This document shows positions 50,007 through 57,283 of a DNA stretch of 64,000 nt, in pieces. This stretch comes from Gemmatimonadales bacterium (GTDB lineage: Bacteria; Gemmatimonadota; Gemmatimonadetes; Gemmatimonadales; GWC2-71-9): contig DATNIM010000100.1 of NCBI GenBank assembly GCA_035604455.1, forward strand, positions 7,592 to 71,591. Direction: 5' to 3'. The notes under the pieces were generated by a model that had not been told where the DNA came from, made no database searches, and saw only the letters and a program-made list of their open reading frames with translations. A program made the position numbers and the translations under genes. The stretch's first letter is position 1. Every line of letters starts with the position of its first letter.

Positions 50007-51236
50007 GTGAAGGTCGGGCTGGTGGTGTTTGCCGCGACCTATCTCCTGATCGCGCTACAGCGCGTCCCGTTGCTTCAGCTCAACCGACCGGCGGCGGCTC
50101 TCCTCGGCGCTGTGGCCATGGTTGTGTGCGGCGGACTCACGCTTCGAGACGCGTACGCCGCCATCGACTTTGACGTGCTCGTGTTCCTCCTCGGTCTCAT
50201 GCTCATCGTCGGGTATCTCGAAGTGGGCCGCTCGTTCGAGTGGGCAGCGCAGGAGATGCTTCGTCGCGCCATAACCCCGCCGAGACTTCTCGCCGCCGTG
50301 GTCGTGGGCGGAGGCGTACTGTCCGCGCTGTTCGTGAACGACACGGTGTGCCTCGTGCTCACGCCCATCCTGCTCGGTGCGCTAGGTCCCATGCGCGTGC
50401 GGCCACATCCCTACCTGATCGGGCTCGCCATGGCCTCGAACGTGGGCTCGGTCATGTCGGTGACCGGCAACCCCCAGAACATGCTCGTTGGGATCTGGAG
50501 CGGCACGAGCTTCGGCGCGTTCCTGATGCACATGCTCCCCGTGGGGCTCGGCGGTCTCGCGGTCACCTACCTCTATCTCCGGTGGGCGTTCGCGGCCGAG
50601 CTCGCGACGCCGTTCGGTGCGGCGTTGGCGCCCGTCCCCGTCACCGTCGATCGTCCTCTCGTCGCTAAGGGCCTCATCATGTTTGCCCTCGCCGCCGGAG
50701 CCTGGCTCGCGGGGGGCTCTTTGCCGCTCGTCGCGATTACCGCCGGGGCGGTCATGGTGGCGATCGCCGGGCGGGACCCGGCCTACGCGATCGATCGCGT
50801 GGAGTGGTCGCTGCTCCTCTTCTTCGCCTCCCTCTTCGTGGTCATGCGGGGATTCGAGGCGACCGGTGCCGTGCGCTGGCTCGATGCGCACGCGCTGGCC
50901 CTCGTCGGGGCGGGGTCGGTGTGGCGGACCGCGGTCGTCGTGAGCGGCGCCCTCACCGTGCTGTCGAACCTCATCTCGAACGTGCCCGCCGTCATCCTCT
51001 GGCGGACGACCGTGCCGCAGCTGCCGAAGGCGGACCTCGCCTGGCGGGTCGTCGCGATGAGCTCCACGTTCGCCGGGAACCTCGTCCTCATCGGATCGAT
51101 GGCGAATCTGATCGTGGCGGAGCGAGCCGGTCGACGCGGGGTGCGGATCGGGTTCGGGGAGTATGCGCGCGTGGGCGTGCCGGTCACGCTGCTCACGCTC
51201 ACTTGGGGCGTCGTCGTCCTCGTGTTGACGGGTTAG
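50007..51236 (+). CDS. ArsB/NhaD-superfamily anion permease (citrate/arsenite transporter-like)
   Basis: About 410 aa and polytopic. ..LLGAVAMVVCGGLTLRDAYAAIDFDVLVFLLGLMLIVGYLE.. and ..VLSNLISNVPAVIL.. are typical of this superfamily. Start set at GTG 50007 (uncertain). Confidence 0.65.
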   Translation: MKVGLVVFAATYLLIALQRVPLLQLNRPAAALLGAVAMVVCGGLTLRDAYAAIDFDVLVFLLGLMLIVGYLEVGRSFEWAAQEMLRRAITPPRLLAAVVVGGGVLSALFVNDTVCLVLTPILLGALGPMRVRPHPYLIGLAMASNVGSVMSVTGNPQNMLVGIWSGTSFGAFLMHMLPVGLGGLAVTYLYLRWAFAAELATPFGAALAPVPVTVDRPLVAKGLIMFALAAGAWLAGGSLPLVAITAGAVMVAIAGRDPAYAIDRVEWSLLLFFASLFVVMRGFEATGAVRWLDAHALALVGAGSVWRTAVVVSGALTVLSNLISNVPAVILWRTTVPQLPKADLAWRVVAMSSTFAGNLVLIGSMANLIVAERAGRRGVRIGFGEYARVGVPVTLLTLTWGVVVLVLTG

Positions 51237-51239
51237 CGG

Positions 51240-53279
51240 CTACCACACCTCGGCACGAACGCTGTCGGCCCGCACCATAGAGTCGCCGGCTGCGCACCCG
51301 AACGCGCGCGCGAACGCTGGGAGGTTCGAAAGGGGCCCGTTGACGCGCCAGCGCGGGGGGGAGTGGGGGTCGGTGAGGGCGCGCAGTCGCAGGACTTCGG
51401 GGCGCGTGAGGCTGCGCCACCCCTGGGCGTAGCCCAGGAAGAATCGCTGCTCCGGCGTAAAGCCGTCGATGACGGTGCGCGGATGGGTCGCGAGCCACCG
51501 CTCGAGGGCGTCGAACGCGATCGACAGGCCGCCGAGGTCGGCGATGTTTTCACCCAGCGTCAGGGCGCCGTTGACGTGGAACGTGTCCACCACGAGGTAC
51601 CCGTCGAACTGCGCCACGACGCGCGCGGCGCGGGCCGTGAAGCGCCGCGCGTCGTCGAGCGTCCACCAGTTGTGCAGGTTCCCGCCCGCGTCGTACTGAC
51701 GGCCCTGATCATCGAAGCCGTGCGTCATCTCGTGCCCGATGATCGCGCCGATCGCCCCGTAGTTCACCGCCTCGTCCGCCTCGGGGTCGAAGTAGGGCGG
51801 CCGCAGGATCCCCGCGGGAAACGTGATTTCGTTGTTGGTGGGGCTGTAGTACGCGTTCACCGTCGGGGCCGTCATGAACCACTCCCCGCGGTCGACCGGC
51901 GCGCCGATCTTGGCGCGTTGTCGCGCCGCCTCGAAGGCGCGCGCACGCAGCACGTTCACGCCATAGGGGTTGGATTGCTGCACGACGAGCGCCGTATAGT
52001 CGCGCCACTTGTCGGGATAGCCGATCTGCTTCGCGAGCGCGCTCAGCTTGACGACGGCCCGGGCTTTGGTCGAGTCGCCGAGCCACGCGAGTTGCCGGAT
52101 GTGGCTGGCGAAGGCCGATTGCAGGTTGTTGACGATTTCGAGGACGCGGGCTTTGGAGGCGGCCGGGAATTCACGGGCCACGTAGGCCTGGCCCAGGGCT
52201 TCGCCGAGGGCGTGATCGGTAGCTGCGGCGCAGCGCTTCCACCGGGGGAGCGGCGTAACCACGCCTTCGAGGCTGCTCTGGAAGCGGAAGTGCTCGTCGA
52301 AGAACGCCGCGCTGAGGGAGGGCGCGAGCTGGTCCGCCAGGTGCCAGCGGAAATAGGCGCGCCAAGTGTCGAGCGACGCCGTCGCGATCTGGGCGTTCAC
52401 CTGCCGCAGGAACGCGGGCTGTGACACGTCGAGGGTCGCGCCCGGCGCGGCTAGGCTCGGTACGCCGAGCGCGGCGAAGAACGCCGGCCACGCGATGGCC
52501 GGTGCGATGGCCGCGAGGTCGGGAACGGTCAACTTGTGATAGACCGCCGCCGGATCGCGCTGTGCCGTGAGCGTCATCGAGGACTCGGCTAGGGCGGTCT
52601 CCAACGCGAGGACCCGGTCGGCCTCCTGCCGGGCGGCCGGCGGGGCGGTGCCGACCAATGCCAGCGTGCGCGCTACGTGGGCCACGTAGGACTGACGGAG
52701 CGAGTCCGACGCAGGATCGGTCTTGAGGTAGTAATCCCGGTCGGGCAAGCCGAGCCCCGATTGGTAGAGCTGGCCGATGTTGCGCGTGCTTTGCTTGGGG
52801 TCGGCCTCGGACGAGAAGTAGAACGGCGCGAAGATCCCCACCTGGAGCAGGCGGGCGATCTCCGCTTGCACGTCGTCCTTCGTCGCGATCGCCGCGATGT
52901 CGCGGAGCGCGCCGGCGATCGGCTCCGACCCGGCGCGGTCGACGGCAACGGAATCCATGCAGCTGCCGTAGAACGCGCCCACCCTTTGCGCGGCCGAATC
53001 GCGCGCGGTGTCTCCGGCGGCCGCCGCCGCGTCCAACACCTCCCGCAGGGCATCGTTGTTACGGTCGACGAGTTCCCGGGCGGCCCCGATGTTCGTGTAG
53101 GCCGGCGGGATCGTGGCGGACTTGAGCCACGCGCCGTTTGCGAACTCGAAGAAGTCGCGGCACGGCGCGCATGTCGTGTCCATGTTGCTACGGGCGACGC
53201 CGTGCTGCGCGGCGAGCGTTCCGGTGACCGCGGTCGAGACCGCGAGAACCGCAGGGAAGACCCAGCGCCACACCCGCAT
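51240..53279 (-). CDS. pepO: M13-family zinc metallopeptidase (PepO / endothelin-converting-enzyme-like)
   Basis: Trimmed to ATG 53279 (MRVWRWVFPAVLAVSTAV.. signal). Contains NAYYSPTNNEITFPAGIL, the HExxH motif IGHEMTHGFDDQG, ENIADLGG and a C-terminal CA..VW. Confidence 0.88.
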   Translation of the reverse strand: MRVWRWVFPAVLAVSTAVTGTLAAQHGVARSNMDTTCAPCRDFFEFANGAWLKSATIPPAYTNIGAARELVDRNNDALREVLDAAAAAGDTARDSAAQRVGAFYGSCMDSVAVDRAGSEPIAGALRDIAAIATKDDVQAEIARLLQVGIFAPFYFSSEADPKQSTRNIGQLYQSGLGLPDRDYYLKTDPASDSLRQSYVAHVARTLALVGTAPPAARQEADRVLALETALAESSMTLTAQRDPAAVYHKLTVPDLAAIAPAIAWPAFFAALGVPSLAAPGATLDVSQPAFLRQVNAQIATASLDTWRAYFRWHLADQLAPSLSAAFFDEHFRFQSSLEGVVTPLPRWKRCAAATDHALGEALGQAYVAREFPAASKARVLEIVNNLQSAFASHIRQLAWLGDSTKARAVVKLSALAKQIGYPDKWRDYTALVVQQSNPYGVNVLRARAFEAARQRAKIGAPVDRGEWFMTAPTVNAYYSPTNNEITFPAGILRPPYFDPEADEAVNYGAIGAIIGHEMTHGFDDQGRQYDAGGNLHNWWTLDDARRFTARAARVVAQFDGYLVVDTFHVNGALTLGENIADLGGLSIAFDALERWLATHPRTVIDGFTPEQRFFLGYAQGWRSLTRPEVLRLRALTDPHSPPRWRVNGPLSNLPAFARAFGCAAGDSMVRADSVRAEVW

Positions 53280-53287
53280 GGCGCTCG

Positions 53288-53452
53288 CTAGGACAGGAAC
53301 TTCGGCGCGCCCGTGAGAATGCGGCGCGCGAACAGAATGGTGGCGATCGCCCAGAGCGCTTGTACGGGTCCGCTCCCCTGGTGAGCACCGAAGACGAGCC
53401 CGAGCCACGCTGCCAACGCGACGAGCGCACCGACGAGAGTAAGGTTCATCAT
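53288..53452 (-). CDS. small hydrophobic protein (54 aa, 2 TM), below the ORF-track size cut-off
   Basis: My own translation is MMNLTLVGALVALAAWLGLVFGAHQGSGPVQALWAIATILFARRILTGAPKFLS*. Third codon positions are strongly G/C like real genes here. The stop lies 8 nt before the pepO ATG. No clear SD. Confidence 0.4.
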   Translation of the reverse strand: MMNLTLVGALVALAAWLGLVFGAHQGSGPVQALWAIATILFARRILTGAPKFLS

Positions 53453-53472
53453 GCGATCCGGTTAGAGTCGTC

Positions 53473-53500
53473 TTGACGTCCCTGCGTTCCAGTGTATCCT
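53473..53500 (+). promoter_or_regulatory. sigma70-like promoter candidate (TTGACG-N16-TATCCT)
   Basis: TTGACG at 53473-78 and TATCCT at 53495-500, immediately upstream of the structured region described below. Confidence 0.4.
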
Positions 53501-53504
53501 AAGG

Positions 53505-53703
53505 CCGTTGGGGGACGGAGAGCCCAATTATTGAGCCAACAGCTCGATCGTGGCTCCAAATACTGTAACCAATGTCATGCCCCGCGTGCGGGGAAGGCAA
53601 ACGCTATGGTGAGGGGACCAGTCATTACTTTCGGGCTTCAATAATCCTCTTCGTTCCCTTCAGTGATCGGCCGGGTCGCGCTCAGCGGACCCGGCCTTCT
53701 GTT
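53505..53703 (+). ncRNA. candidate structured small RNA (family unassigned)
   Basis: 53510-22 pairs with 53647-59 (13 bp including 3 G-U), 53527-34 pairs with 53638-45 (8 bp), and 53535-37 pairs with 53634-36. There is an inner hairpin at 53580-93. A 9-bp GC hairpin at 53669-96 followed by TTCTGTT looks like a terminator. The G-U pairs make the fold specific to the + strand. Confidence 0.4.
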
Positions 53704-54856
53704 GATCGGCAGCCCGTGTCTCACCCCGCTTGAAGGCTCGTTGCGCGACCAGGCGGACCGCGAGCACTGCGAGCCCACCCCCGTAGGTGTACGCGACGGC
53801 GGGGCGGAGTGCCGGAACCGCGACCTCCACCACCCACAAGCCGAAGAGGCCGGCCGCCGCTCCCGCGCCGAACGCCCCTGACGCGAGCAGCGCGACACCC
53901 ACCGCCGTCTGCAGGAGTGCGAGGAGGACTTCCAGGCGTTGCGCCGCGTCGAGCGCGAACGACCCCCAGGTCCCGAACGCTCGCCAGTGGGCGAAGCCGA
54001 AGACGATGGGAATCGTGCCAGCGAGAACGGTCCACTGGTTGACGTTGCTCGCCACGAGATTCATGAGGGCCATGGGCCCCGTGGCCTCCCGCCTCGCCCA
54101 GGCGACGCTAGACACGAGTTCGGGCACTTCGGTGAGCACGGGCGCCAGCCATTGCACGACGAGAAACGGGGCGATGCCGAGCACCGCGGCGACCGCGAGC
54201 ATCGACGTGAAGAAGGGGCGCACCGTTGCTGCGAGCAGCGCCGTTCCTGCGAGGCACACGGTGCCGATCCGCACGTGGCGGCGCCACCCCGTGGTGGCGA
54301 GCGTCCACCGCGCCACGGCGGAGATGGGCACTGCACTCTCCTTGGGTGGCGTGCGCGCCGCGAAAATGAGGTAACCCACATAGCACGCCACGAGGACCGC
54401 CGCGTCGGTGGCGGTGAGGGATCCCTTGACGAGAACAACGGCGAAATACGCGAGCGGGGGAACGAGCGCCGCCACGCCCACCGCGTCCTCGCCCGTCAGC
54501 GTGAGGGCGCGAAGGGCCGGAAGACGGCGGCGCCAGCGAGCGGTCGCCTGGACGACGTAGACGAGCGGCCAGCCGAGGCCCACGAGCAGCCGAATCGCTC
54601 CGGTGAGATTGGCGATCGCGAGCGACGCCCGAGCTGGGTCTTCGCCCGCGCGCCAGGCGATCACCGCTTCCACGCCGAATTCCGGAAGGGTCTGGAGCCA
54701 GGCGAGCAACGCGAGCGCGAGGCCGCGCCCGAGCACGCTTTGCGCGGCCTCGGCGCCCCACGTGACGAGGAACGCCGATGCGAGCAGGGCGGGACACGTC
54801 CACAACGCGGGCCAGGCTCCCGCGCCCGAGAGGGAAGCGAGTACCTTTAGACGCAC
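53660..54856 (-). CDS. Ca2+/cation antiporter (CaCA, sodium/calcium exchanger family) membrane protein
   Basis: Track ORF 53660..55141 trimmed to GTG 54856 (VRLKVLASL..), because the upstream part is antisense to the PTPS gene. Two alpha-repeat-like segments are present: GAEAAQ..LQTLPEFGVEAV and LAPVLTEVPELVSSV. Confidence 0.65.
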   Translation of the reverse strand: MRLKVLASLSGAGAWPALWTCPALLASAFLVTWGAEAAQSVLGRGLALALLAWLQTLPEFGVEAVIAWRAGEDPARASLAIANLTGAIRLLVGLGWPLVYVVQATARWRRRLPALRALTLTGEDAVGVAALVPPLAYFAVVLVKGSLTATDAAVLVACYVGYLIFAARTPPKESAVPISAVARWTLATTGWRRHVRIGTVCLAGTALLAATVRPFFTSMLAVAAVLGIAPFLVVQWLAPVLTEVPELVSSVAWARREATGPMALMNLVASNVNQWTVLAGTIPIVFGFAHWRAFGTWGSFALDAAQRLEVLLALLQTAVGVALLASGAFGAGAAAGLFGLWVVEVAVPALRPAVAYTYGGGLAVLAVRLVAQRAFKRGETRAADQQKAGSAERDPADH

Positions 54857-54895
54857 GGGCGGCGAAGATAGTCCCGCCCCGGAGGGCCAACAAGC

Positions 54896-55309
54896 ATGCC
54901 GCGTTGCGTCATCACACGCCGGGTTCACTTCAGCGCCGCCCATCGGCTCCACAACCCGAGTCTGTCGGCGGCGGAGAACGAGGCCACGTTTGGCCTGTGC
55001 AACAATCCGAACTACCACGGCCACAACTACAACCTCGACATCTCGGTCGAAGGGGACATCGATCCGGTGACCGGCTATGTCATGGACCTTGAGCGCCTGC
55101 ACGACGTCGCTACCGAGTGCCTCGTGCGGCATGTGGACCACAAGAACCTGAATCTCGACGTGCCCTGGTTCGCCACCCTGAACCCGACCGCCGAGAACAT
55201 CGCCGTCGTTTGCTGGCGCGTCCTTGAGCCGGCCGTGCGACCGGTGACTCTCAAACGGGTTCGGCTCTGGGAAACGGAGCGGACCTTCGTGGACTACGAT
55301 GGCACCTGA
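54896..55309 (+). CDS. 6-pyruvoyl-tetrahydropterin synthase (PTPS/QueD family; animal-type PTPS-like sequence)
   Basis: [66 protein letters not shown] closely follows the mammalian PTPS sequence as I remember it ([46 protein letters not shown]). GGAGGG lies upstream. Confidence 0.85.
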   Translation: [137 protein letters not shown]

Positions 55310-55946
55310 TCAGGCAAAGCCGGCGAGCCTTCACGGCCTCTACGGCTCCGAGGCGTCGCCCCGGGCCGAGGGCGGCCCCACGGCGTTCGAGGCCCTCATC
55401 CGGCAGATGTTGGAACAGTTGGGCGAAGACCCCGAGCGCGAGGGGTTACGCCAAACCCCGGCGCGCGTCGAGACGTCGTTGCGCTGGCTCACGCGGGGCT
55501 ATGGGATTTCCGTCGCGGACGTCATCGGCGACGCGCTGTACACGGAACGCCACGACAACCTCGTGTGCGTGCGGGACATCGAGGTGTACTCGCTCTGCGA
55601 GCACCACATGCTGCCGTTCTTCGGGCGCGCGCACGTGGCCTACCTCCCGAACGGTCGGCTCGTCGGGCTCTCGAAGATTCCGCGGGTGATCGAAGTGTTC
55701 GCGCGACGCTTTCAGTTGCAGGAGCGCCTCACGGATCAGGTGGCTGACGCGCTGATGGAGGTGCTCGAGCCGCGCGGCGTGGGCGTGGTGATCGAGGCCT
55801 ACCACCTGTGCATGATGATGCGCGGCGTGGAAAAGCAGAACTCGAAGACGGTGACGAGTGCGTTGCGGGGCGCGTTGCTCGACGATGGCCGTACGCGGGA
55901 GGAGTTCTTGCGCCTCGTGCACGGCGCGCGCGGCACGGTGGAGTGA
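55299..55946 (+). CDS. folE: GTP cyclohydrolase I
   Basis: 215 aa with ..DPEREGLRQTPARV..IEVYSLCEHHMLPFFGRAHVAYLPNGRLVGLSKIPR..FARRFQLQERLT..HLCMMMRGVEK. The start overlaps the PTPS gene by 11 nt. Confidence 0.92.
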   Translation: MAPDQAKPASLHGLYGSEASPRAEGGPTAFEALIRQMLEQLGEDPEREGLRQTPARVETSLRWLTRGYGISVADVIGDALYTERHDNLVCVRDIEVYSLCEHHMLPFFGRAHVAYLPNGRLVGLSKIPRVIEVFARRFQLQERLTDQVADALMEVLEPRGVGVVIEAYHLCMMMRGVEKQNSKTVTSALRGALLDDGRTREEFLRLVHGARGTVE

Positions 55947-56662
55947 CGGGCGCACCCCCGCTCGGCGGGAAGGTGGCCCTCGTAACCGGCGCCTCGCGCG
56001 GCATCGGGTTCGCCGTCGCCGCGGGCCTCCGCGCGGCGGGCGCGCACGTGGTCCGGCTGGCGCGCACCCTGGAGGATCGTTCCGAGGTCGGCGAGACCGA
56101 CGTCGCCTGCGACGTCACGGATCCGGTGGCCGTGGAGCGCGCCCTGCGTCGGGTGCTCGCGGGGCCCGGGGTCCCCGACATCCTCGTCAACAACGCAGGC
56201 ATCTTCGCGATCAAGTCCATCGAGCAGACGACCGCGGAGGAGTTCGGCCGCACGCTGAGCACCAACCTCACGGGCTGCTTTCTCGTGACGCGAGCGTTCT
56301 TGCCGGTAATGCGGGCGCGAGGGAATGGACACCTCGTCACCATCGGTAGCGTGTCGGACCACGTGGCGTTCCCCGGGTCGAGTGCCTACGCGGCGAGCAA
56401 GTACGGACTGCGCGGGCTCCACGAGGTAGCCGCCGCGGAGCTCGCCGGGACCGGAATCCGGACGACGCTTGTGTCCCCGGGACCCGTGGACACCGACATC
56501 TGGAATCCCATCGCCCCCGACGGGCGACCCGGGTTCACCAAGCGCCGGGACATGCTTCAGGCGGAAGACGTGGCCGACGCCGTCGTGTTTGCGGTGACCC
56601 GGCCCTCGCGCGTGGACGTCTCCGAGCTGCGCCTCGTGCCCTCGGGCTATCAAGCCCGCTGA
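55943..56662 (+). CDS. short-chain dehydrogenase/reductase (candidate sepiapterin/pteridine reductase)
   Basis: Trimmed to GTG 55943, a GTGA overlap with the folE stop. TGASRGIG cofactor motif, NNAG, and the catalytic S..YAASK triad. The functional guess rests on operon context only. Confidence 0.75.
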   Translation: MTGAPPLGGKVALVTGASRGIGFAVAAGLRAAGAHVVRLARTLEDRSEVGETDVACDVTDPVAVERALRRVLAGPGVPDILVNNAGIFAIKSIEQTTAEEFGRTLSTNLTGCFLVTRAFLPVMRARGNGHLVTIGSVSDHVAFPGSSAYAASKYGLRGLHEVAAAELAGTGIRTTLVSPGPVDTDIWNPIAPDGRPGFTKRRDMLQAEDVADAVVFAVTRPSRVDVSELRLVPSGYQAR

Positions 56663-56695
56663 CGAGCGTCGCGGCGCCGCCGCGGATCCGAGCCT

Positions 56696-57283
56696 ATGCA
56701 TATCGAGTTGACTGAGATGTTGCAGTGCCCCGCGCCCCATCCGCCCGAGGGGCTCGTGCTCTCGACCGGGACGATGCGCGGCCGGCGCGTGGTCTCGGGG
56801 CTCGTCGGGTGTCCCGCGTGTCGTCGCGAGTATCCGCTCGTGGACGGCGTGGTGCTGTTTGGCGAGTCGCCATCCGCCCCGGCTGAGGCGCCCGCGCCCG
56901 ACCCCGTGGCGCTCCAAGCGCTGCTCGACGTCGACGGTCCCGGCGGGTTCATCGTTTTGGTGGGTGCCGCGGTCCGCGACGCGACGGAGCTCGCGGCACG
57001 GCTGGACGGCGTCCACTTCGTCGGTGTCAATCCGCCGAGCGGTGTTCGCGAGTCGCCTGTCCTGAGCTTGCTGCGCGCGCCGGCGTCCATCCCGCTGCGA
57101 GCGCGCATCGCGCGAGGCGTGATCCTGGGCGCCGAGGCGGGCGACCCTCCCTGGCTGTCGGAAGCCGAGCGCGTCCTGCTTCCCGGGAGGCGCTTGGTGA
57201 TCGAGCGCGAGGCACCCGAGGCGCCGTCCGGAGTGCGCCGGCTCGCCGCGGGGGACGGGTTGTGGGTGGGGGAAAAAGCCTAG
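56696..57283 (+). CDS. Trm112/UPF0434-like zinc-ribbon protein with uncharacterised C-terminal domain
   Basis: The N-terminus LTEMLQCPAPH..LVGCPACRREYPLVDGVVLF matches the Trm112-type ribbon, although the first CxxC is degenerate. The C-terminal ~110 aa are Rossmann-like but lack a GxGxG SAM motif. Confidence 0.4.
   Translation: MHIELTEMLQCPAPHPPEGLVLSTGTMRGRRVVSGLVGCPACRREYPLVDGVVLFGESPSAPAEAPAPDPVALQALLDVDGPGGFIVLVGAAVRDATELAARLDGVHFVGVNPPSGVRESPVLSLLRAPASIPLRARIARGVILGAEAGDPPWLSEAERVLLPGRRLVIEREAPEAPSGVRRLAAGDGLWVGEKA

Noticed and set aside
53572-53733. A 53-codon + strand ORF starting MSCPACGEGKRYGEG.. (zinc-ribbon-like CPxC) inside the sRNA candidate.
   Set aside because: It has no SD and only one CxxC pair. 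The second half is merely the antisense of the CaCA C-terminus (Arg/Pro-rich). The RNA-structure explanation fits the region better. I keep it as a low-probability alternative.
54857-54895. I looked for a preQ1 riboswitch ahead of the QueD/PTPS-family gene.
   Set aside because: Only 39 nt separate the divergent starts. The sequence (GGGCGGCGAAGATAGTCCCGCCCCGGAGGG..) is a simple GC hairpin plus an SD, with no preQ1-type A-rich tail. The gene also looks like PTPS rather than QueD.
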